From NCBI GenBank assembly GCA_964016885.1, contig OZ024741.1, forward strand, positions 171,988,001 through 172,052,000: 64,000 nucleotides of DNA. Reading direction: 5' to 3'. Position 1 is the first letter of the stretch. Every line of letters starts with the position of its first letter. A program made the translations under genes and the position numbers. The notes under the pieces were generated by a model. The model ran no database searches, had not been told where the DNA came from, and saw only the letters and a program-made list of their open reading frames with translations. Below, piece after piece: positions 55,157 through 64,000 of the stretch. The DNA comes from Eledone cirrhosa. Taxonomy: Eukaryota.

Positions 55157-55192
<36 letters not shown>

Positions 55193-55279
55193 ATATACAC
55201 ACACATACACACACATACACACATAAATATATATACACATATACACACACGCACACACATACAGACACACATACACACT

Positions 55280-55314
<35 letters not shown>

Positions 55315-56679
55315 ATGTGAGTGTGCGCAAATACATATATATATATACACACACACATACAAACACACACAAACACATACATATGCATACGTGCACACAC
55401 ACACACATATATCACATAGATACGAAGATAAACATATAAATAGAGAGACATACAAATATATACAGAACCCATATACACATACATACAAACACGCATATAC
55501 ATATATATACATATATACACACATATATATTCCTATATACAAGCATACACATACACACACATATATACATATACATACACATATATATACCACACATTCA
55601 CATACACGTACATATATAATACATATATATACATATATATACATACATATGTATGCACAATCATATATACACACTCAATCTTACATTCATATTTACATGC
55701 TCATATATGTATTTTTATATTTAGAAATAAATACCAAAAAAACTATATAGACACCCATCTACACATATATTCATACATATACACTTACAAAAACAGATGA
55801 TAATAGTATGGGGGAAAGGGGGGGGTTTGGAGAAGGGGATCAAAGTAAATATATGTTTCAAGAAACTTATAATATTTTCCATATCTTAATTCAATGTATG
55901 TTCCTACATATTTTCAGTGCTAGGAAATACGAAATCTATGCATCACAAAATAAAAAAGTATACCATTAATCATATGTCAACTAAACCAAAGATAGTCAAC
56001 ATATTGATTTCCAAGGTGTAAATTAGTTAGGTTTATAATATTTGAAGCAGAATTATGAAGTCAAACAGTAGTAGATTATTAATTACATTATAACTAAATT
56101 AAAGTTAATAACGTTATGGTATCAATATTAGGAGATGAAATTAGTAATAGGGAAAAGAAACCCAAATAAAAATAAAATAAAGTATTACATCGGTAGTAGC
56201 ATATAAATTATATGTTAACTAAGTTAAAAATTATATATTTATTTCAATAGTATATGTTAATTAGTATATGTTAATTAGGTATACAATACATAAAGCAGAT
56301 ATTGTATTTCATCAATAGCATAATATAATTATATGCAAATAAAAATCAAAATTAATACGCATACATATACATATACATACACATACACATACATATACAT
56401 ATACATACACATATATATATATATATATACATATATATACACATACATACATATATAGTCACATAAATATACATACAGACACCCATACAATACACACATA
56501 TACATATACATATAGATATACATATCTTTTTCAAAAAATTTGCACAGAATATATTAACTAGGTATATATCCAAAAACACCTCCCATTCTATGATTACATG
56601 AAATTCTGCAATTCGTCTGTACAAGGATACTAATTTTAAGCAAATTAAAATTAAAATTAAAGTTTTAGGTTGATTAAAG
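53451..56679 (-). repeat. Inverted copy of PLE pseudo-LTR (reverse complement of 57930-61161)
   Basis: Mirror ORFs in the track (53673+/60745-, 55391+/58861-); near identity along 3.2 kb. Confidence 0.95.
53641..53795 (-). ncRNA. Type I hammerhead ribozyme (inverted copy of 60817-60971)
   Basis: Reverse complement of 60817-60971. Confidence 0.75.
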
Positions 56680-56680
56680 T

Positions 56681-57573
56681 AAAAAACTACTCATCATAAG
56701 ACTATAATAAATATTAATAATAAAACTCCTAATAAAAAAGATAAAACACCTAAATCTACAAATATAACTAAAAATAGTTGTGGTGAGATCATTAACATTA
56801 TTCCTCCTAGTAAAAATCATGATACAACATATAAAAATAATAAAAATAATAAACAACATAGAAACCGTAATAGACGAGTTACTTGGTATAATGCTCCTTT
56901 TAATTTACAAGTTAAGGATAATATTGCTAAAAAATTTTTTTATATCCTTGAGAAAAACTTCCCGCCAAACCACAAATACCATCAAATCTTAAATAGGTCT
57001 ACAGTTAAATTCTCATATTCTACAACAAATAACATAAAACAAAATATAAGTGCATATAATGCATATAAATGTAAGAAAACTATAAGTATACCACCAGTAC
57101 ATCAAATTAACAATAATATCTCCTCAAATACAGAATTAACGAAAGGATGTAACTGTAGAAACAAAACAAACTGCCCATTAAAAGGGAATTGTCTTGTTAA
57201 CAACATAGTCTATAAATGTAATGTTAAAACTAAAGATTCTATTTGCTCATATATAGGAGCTACCTCTAACAATTTTAAGACAAGGTATAATACCCACAAA
57301 CATAGCTTTAAAAATGCCGCACTGGCTAATACAACATCTCTAGCAGAAAAAATCAATAGTTATAAAAATAAAAATATAAAATATGATTTGACCTGGAGTG
57401 TGCTCAAAAGAGCCACCCCTTATCAAAATAATAGAAAGGAATGTAGATTATGTTCCCAAGAACTATTTGAAATAATGAAGTCTAGGGATATCTTATTAAA
57501 TAAAAGACAGGAATTAATTATATCGTGTAATCATAAACTAAAAAAAACATTTAAATATTATAAACCTAATTAA
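56681..57573 (+). pseudogene. Duplicated 3' third of the PLE ORF (GIY-YIG) within the upstream pseudo-LTR
   Basis: Essentially identical to 62864-63756; one TAT/TAC difference seen near the stop. Confidence 0.92.
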
Positions 57574-59416
57574 TAACATTATTCTAGAATTTAATTTAAT
57601 TTAAATGTTAGTTAACCTATAAATTTAATTTAATTAATATTTTATTACAGATGAGAAAATATTATGTAATCATTAATTTTGAAAAACCTTTAAATATTAC
57701 TAATACATATTCAGTAATTTAATTTATAGATTAATTTTAACTTATTTTAACCTTTTATTATAATTTTTTAATTTAGTTTAACCTTTTATTATAATTTTTT
57801 TTTATTATAATTCTTTTACAGATAAAATATAACAAAATAATATCATGTATCCTATGACGGAGAAAGAATTTTTAGTATTATTGACCTAATTAATATACAT
57901 TTTGGAAATATATTTATTATTTGGTTTTAGCTTTAATCAACCTAAAACTTTAATTTTAATTTTAATTTGCTTAAAATTAGTATCCTTGTACAGACGAATT
58001 GCAGAATTTCATGTAATCATAGAATGGGAGGTGTTTTTGGATATATACCTAGTTAATATATTCTGTGCAAATTTTTTGAAAAAGATATGTATATCTATAT
58101 GTATATGTATATGTGTGTATTGTATGGGTGTCTGTATGTATATTTATGTGACTATATATGTATGTATGTGTATATATATGTATATATATATATATATATG
58201 TGTATGTATATGTATATGTATGTGTAGGTGTATGTATATGTATATGTATGCGTATTAATTTTGATTTTTATTTGCATATAATTATATTATGCTATTGATG
58301 AAATACAATATCTGCTTTATGTATTGTATACCTAATTAACATATACTAATTAACATATACTATTGAAATAAATATATAATTTTTAACTTAGTTAACATAT
58401 AATTTATATGCTACTACCGATGTAATACTTTATTTTATTTTTATTTGGGTTTCTTTTCCCTATTACTAATTTCATCTCCTAATATTGATACCATAACGTT
58501 ATTAACTTTAATTTAGTTATAATGTAATTAATAATCTACTACTGTTTGACTTCATAATTCTGCTTCAAATATTATAAACCTAACTAATTTACACCTTGGA
58601 AATCAATATGTTGACTATCTTTGGTTTAGTTGACATATGATTAATGGTATACTTTTTTATTTTGTGATGCATAGATTTCGTATTTCCTAGCACTGAAAAT
58701 ATGTAGGAACATACATTGAATTAAGATATGGAAAATATTATAAGTTTCTTGAAACATATATTTACTTTGATCCCCTTCTCCAACCCCCCCCCCTTTCCCC
58801 CATACTATTATCATCTGTTTTTGTAAGTGTATATGTATGAATATATGTGTAGATGGGTGTCTATATAGTTTTTTTGGTATTTATTTCTAAATATAAAAAT
58901 ACATATATGAGCATGTAAATATGAATGTAAGATTGAGTGTGTATATATGATTGTGCATACATATGTATGTATATATATGTATATATATGTATTATATATG
59001 TACGTGTATGTGAATGTGTGGTATATATATGTGTATGTATATGTATATATGTGTGTGTATGTGTATGCTTGTATATAGGAATATATATGTGTGTATATAT
59101 GTATATATATGTATATGCGTGTTTGTATGTATGTGTATATGGGTTCTGTATATATTTGTATGTCTCTCTATTTATATGTTTATCTTCGTATCTATGTGAT
59201 ATATGTGTGTGTGTGTGCACGTATGCATATGTATGTGTTTGTGTGTGTTTGTATGTGTGTGTGTATATATATATATGTATTTGCGCACACTCACATACAC
59301 ATATATATATATATATATATATATATGTGAGTGTGTATGTGTGTCTGTATGTGTGTGCGTGTGTGTATATGTGTATATATATTTATGTGTGTATGTGTGT
59401 GTATGTGTGTGTATAT

Positions 59417-59452
<36 letters not shown>

Positions 59453-59591
59453 ATATAGGTGTCTATGTGTGAATATATGTCTTTATTCGTATGTGTGTAT
59501 TTATATATGTTTATATTTAGGTGTATGTATGTATGTGTATGTATGTATGTATATGTATGTATATGTATGTATATGTGTATATGTGTATATA

Positions 59592-59628
<37 letters not shown>

Positions 59629-59841
59629 CTTTATTATTATTGTAATATAACTTATGTGTATATGTGTATAAGTGAGGTTGTGTATGTATATATACTATGT
59701 GTATATATAAGAGTAATGAAATATATATATATATATATATATATGTGCATGTCTGTATTTTATGTGTGTGTGTATATATATATGTGTATGTGTGTATATA
59801 TGTATGTATATATACATATATGTGTACGTGTGTGTATGTTG

Positions 59842-59888
<47 letters not shown>

Positions 59889-59997
59889 TGGATGTTTGTA
59901 TGTGTTTTCATGGTGGTATGAGTGTGTGATATATATGTTTGTGTATAAGTATATGTATGTGTATGTATATATATATGAGTCTATGTGTGTGTGTATA

Positions 59998-60048
<51 letters not shown>

Positions 60049-60816
60049 ATGTGTGTATGTGTTGCGCGTGTGTGTGTCCGTATTTTTATCTTTTTATATG
60101 TGTATGTGTATGTTCGTGTAAATGTATGTGTGTGTATGACAGTATAGGTATGTGTGTATGTATGTATGTGTAGATATCTCTATGTGCGCGTACATGTATG
60201 TATGTGTATGTATATCTGTATGCGTATGTACATTATATTATATGTAATATATTTTATTGTTTTTATTTTTTTATTTTTCATAATTTATAGATACATTTAT
60301 ATTAGGCTGTCTGGTCTGACAACCTAATACTGACCCCTCCCCCCCCCTCCCACCTAATTTCTGTATCTTGATCTTGAAATGTGTGTACCAGTGTGTTTAA
60401 GTGAGTGACTTAATTTCTATTTGCTTATGATTTTATATCCACATATATAAATGTGAGTGGGGGAGTGCGTGTGTTTGTGTGTTCGTGGTTATGTGTATAT
60501 TTATATATATACGCACATGTATGTGTGATTATACTGATATGTGTGAGTATGAAAAAAATATATTTATATGCTTGACTCCATAAGTATCATTGCGTATCTT
60601 ATCAGCGCATTAAGCTTACAGAGATATTAACCTTGAAATTTTTTATTTGCATCCATCTTTTTAGTATGCACATACAAATTATACACACATTATTGTAAAA
60701 TGTGTGTAGGGTTTTACATGTATATACACACACCAAACTGCTTTTTAACCCTTTGTGTTTTCATTGGTCAATTTTGAACTGATATTTTGAATTGTTGTTA
60801 TTATCAATAAATATAC

Positions 60817-60971
60817 TTCATTATTTCTGAAGACGGCGTATATATGAGTTAGGTATGTATATTTAATCTTGATAATTTGTATAATTTTGTATAATTTTGT
60901 ACATAGATCTGTTAAATATGCATACCAATTATAACACATATATACCCTAGAAACGATCGTTAAATAGTGAA
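60817..60971 (+). ncRNA. Type I hammerhead ribozyme with very long stem II
   Basis: TTCATTATTT-CTGAAGA-(~116-nt hairpin)-GAAA-CGATCG-TT-AAATAGTGAA. Confidence 0.78.
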
Positions 60972-61314
60972 CTTTTTTTGTTTAATATAAGGAATTGTTT
61001 GTTCATTATTTGTTTAATATTTTATCTTGACTCTGTATACCGTTTATCTTTCACCGAAATTGGATTTTCATTACATCTCTTCTTTCCATGATATCCGGAA
61101 TACATTGAGTTCTTCATACGGATTGGACACTACCGTAAACTCTTGGTAGATTTATCTACATAATTTTGCTCCTATTTTCACGGAAATATTCGTATTTTTG
61201 TACTGTATGTGTGTATTAATTTTATATTTATGTATAAACATATATATATGTATGATTTTGTAAACCCATATACATTTAGTTGAGCTCTTTCAATTGTCCA
61301 TCATCCATATCACA

Positions 61315-63756
61315 ATGGAAAAACAATATTTAGGAACCTCCTTAAAAAACATACCAATACCTTCTAAGGACGACTTCTTACTCCTTATGATTCAGAAAAC
61401 TAATAATTTTATCAGAAGGGTTAGATGGAGAGCCTACCACTTTGATAGAAAATCTAAACAAGCAGATCGGAAATATATGTATGATTTCAACACTTACAAG
61501 AATCCACCACAAAACTTTTTACTTGAAGACTTCGAGAAAGACCTTTTTAATTTAATTAAACACCTCAAATTTAAAAAGTATAAATCCGTCTTTCAAAAGG
61601 ACCTTGATTCTACCCTATTGGACCTAAAAAAGTCTAAAAAAATCCATGTCCACTCGGACAAAACTGGTAACTTGTATCATATGGATATTGAACATTATAA
61701 TGAGTTCATATATAAAGAACTCAGAAAAAATTATAAAAAATCTAATAATGCGTCACTCACCAACATCAACAACAAAACACACAACATAGTAAAAAAACTA
61801 AATATTGAAGATAGAACTGAACCTTTGGCATTGAGAAGTCCACACTTCAACCTGAAAGATCACAAATCTAACTTTAACTCTAATCCTTCTATTAGACTTA
61901 TATGTCCCTCCAAATCAGATATTGGAATAATTAGCAAAAAAATTTTAGATAGAGTCATCCCACAAATAAGAAAATACGTTATTTTACCACTCTGGGAAAA
62001 CACCTCCCAGGTAATTAATTGGTTTAAAAATATTAGGTGTAAATCTTCTGCTTCTTTCCTACAGTTTGATATAGATAATTATTATTCTTCTATATCACCC
62101 ATACTCCTGAACAAAGCATTAATATTTGCTAAAAATAGATCTAATTTAACTTCGGATGACATTAACATTATTACACATGCTAGACAAACACTTATTGAAT
62201 TTCAGAATGAATACTGGACCAGAAACACTTATAGTAATCTTTTTGATATTACTATGGGTTCAAGCGATTCTGCCCAAATTACTGATCTTGTGGGCCTCTT
62301 TCTCCTTTTCAACATAAATGCCTCTTTTCCCCACCTCAAAGGTGGTTTATATCGTGATGACTGTCTTCTTCTTTCTAACAACCTTAGCCTTTCAGAAATC
62401 GAAAAAAACAAAAAGCATATTAGAACTTTCCTTAAAGACTATTATAATCTTAATATTACTTTTGAAAAAACAAGTAAAGTAGTAAATTTCCTAGATATAA
62501 CTTTAGATTTAGCTACGGGTATATACCAACCTTACCATAAACCTAACCAAAACTTACATTACATACACTCACAATCTAATCACCCTAAATCTATCCTTAA
62601 AAACCTTGCATATAATATATCACTTAGAATTTCTAACCTTTCTTCTAACCAAGATGTATTTGATAAAAATGCGACCTTTTATAATGAAGCTCTAGATAGA
62701 AGTGGCCACAAAAATAGATTAGAGTATATAACTTCTACTAAAAATACTGAAAACATACAGCATAATATTACCAACAAACACCAAATGAAAAGTACACACC
62801 TAAATGCCACCCACAGTATACCCCAAAATACTAAATCTTCTAATATAAAGTATAGTAACCCTCAAAAAACTACTCATCATAAGACTATAATAAATATTAA
62901 TAATAAAACTCCTAATAAAAAAGATAAAACACCTAAATCTACAAATATAACTAAAAATAGTTGTGGTGAGATCATTAACATTATTCCTCCTAGTAAAAAT
63001 CATGATACAACATATAAAAATAATAAAAATAATAAACAACATAGAAACCGTAATAGACGAGTTACTTGGTATAATGCTCCTTTTAATTTACAAGTTAAGG
63101 ATAATATTGCTAAAAAATTTTTTTATATCCTTGAGAAAAACTTCCCGCCAAACCACAAATACCATCAAATCTTAAATAGGTCTACAGTTAAATTCTCATA
63201 TTCTACAACAAATAACATAAAACAAAATATAAGTGCATATAATGCATATAAATGTAAGAAAACTATAAGTATACCACCAGTACATCAAATTAACAATAAT
63301 ATCTCCTCAAATACAGAATTAACGAAAGGATGTAACTGTAGAAACAAAACAAACTGCCCATTAAAAGGGAATTGTCTTGTTAACAACATAGTCTATAAAT
63401 GTAATGTTAAAACTAAAGATTCTATTTGCTCATATATAGGAGCTACCTCTAACAATTTTAAGACAAGGTATAATACCCACAAACATAGCTTTAAAAATGC
63501 CGCACTGGCTAATACAACATCTCTAGCAGAAAAAATCAATAGTTATAAAAATAAAAATATAAAATATGATTTGACCTGGAGTGTGCTCAAAAGAGCCACC
63601 CCTTATCAAAATAATAGAAAGGAATGTAGATTATGTTCCCAAGAACTATTTGAAATAATGAAGTCTAGGGATATCTTATTAAATAAAAGACAGGAATTAA
63701 TTATATCGTGTAATCATAAACTAAAAAAAACATTTAAATACTATAAACCTAATTAA
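61315..63756 (+). CDS. Penelope-like element protein: reverse transcriptase + GIY-YIG endonuclease (813 aa from ATG)
   Basis: SDKTGN, IRLICP, QFDIDNYYSSI, ITMGSSDSA, LYRDD, VNFLDITLD, SNHP; CNCRNKTNCPLKGNC and IVYKC...YIGAT; no stops or frameshifts. Confidence 0.95.
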   Translation: MEKQYLGTSLKNIPIPSKDDFLLLMIQKTNNFIRRVRWRAYHFDRKSKQADRKYMYDFNTYKNPPQNFLLEDFEKDLFNLIKHLKFKKYKSVFQKDLDSTLLDLKKSKKIHVHSDKTGNLYHMDIEHYNEFIYKELRKNYKKSNNASLTNINNKTHNIVKKLNIEDRTEPLALRSPHFNLKDHKSNFNSNPSIRLICPSKSDIGIISKKILDRVIPQIRKYVILPLWENTSQVINWFKNIRCKSSASFLQFDIDNYYSSISPILLNKALIFAKNRSNLTSDDINIITHARQTLIEFQNEYWTRNTYSNLFDITMGSSDSAQITDLVGLFLLFNINASFPHLKGGLYRDDCLLLSNNLSLSEIEKNKKHIRTFLKDYYNLNITFEKTSKVVNFLDITLDLATGIYQPYHKPNQNLHYIHSQSNHPKSILKNLAYNISLRISNLSSNQDVFDKNATFYNEALDRSGHKNRLEYITSTKNTENIQHNITNKHQMKSTHLNATHSIPQNTKSSNIKYSNPQKTTHHKTIININNKTPNKKDKTPKSTNITKNSCGEIINIIPPSKNHDTTYKNNKNNKQHRNRNRRVTWYNAPFNLQVKDNIAKKFFYILEKNFPPNHKYHQILNRSTVKFSYSTTNNIKQNISAYNAYKCKKTISIPPVHQINNNISSNTELTKGCNCRNKTNCPLKGNCLVNNIVYKCNVKTKDSICSYIGATSNNFKTRYNTHKHSFKNAALANTTSLAEKINSYKNKNIKYDLTWSVLKRATPYQNNRKECRLCSQELFEIMKSRDILLNKRQELIISCNHKLKKTFKYYKPN

Positions 63757-64000
63757 TAACATTATTCTAGAATTTAATTTAATTTAAATGTTAGTTAACC
63801 TATAAATTTAATTTAATTAATATTTTATTACAGATGAGAAAATATTATGTAATCATTAATTTTGAAAAACCTTTAAATATTACTAATACATATTCAGTAA
63901 TTTAATTTATAGATTAATTTTAACTTATTTTAACCTTTTATTATAATTTTTTAATTTAGTTTAACCTTTTATTATAATTTTTTTTTATTATAATTCTTTT

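Larger units (their letters stand above)
53451..64000 (+). mobile_element. Young Penelope-like element in partial-tandem form with inverted 5' extension; runs off the window
   Basis: Inverted arm, then direct copy of ORF 3' end and UTR (56681 onward equals 62864 onward), then intact ORF. Confidence 0.92.

Noticed and set aside
63757-64000. SECIS element downstream of the PLE ORF
   Set aside because: The ORF has no in-frame TGA and no SECIS fold is evident in the AT-rich UTR

Overview
AT-rich animal DNA made almost entirely of transposons and microsatellites. I found no host-gene exon. The SINE, LINE and microsatellite content is of the kind I associate with cephalopod (Octopus-like) genomes, which is an inference. 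The first half (1-38 kb) holds decayed L1/Tx1-clade LINEs in two tail types, (ATT)n and (TATC)n, which stack head-to-tail in their own tail microsatellites. It also has many tRNA-derived SINEs that share the LINE 3' end, CRE-type retroposon fragments and small MITEs. The second half (38-64 kb) is a (TA)n/(CA)n-rich cluster of Penelope-like elements (PLEs). It includes one intact RT + GIY-YIG ORF (813 aa from the ATG) with a ~4.5 kb microsatellite-filled pseudo-LTR and a 3.2 kb inverted duplication. By eye I find about 11 type I hammerhead ribozyme motifs in this half, one inside a 466-bp retrozyme-like unit. All structures were read manually and were not computed.
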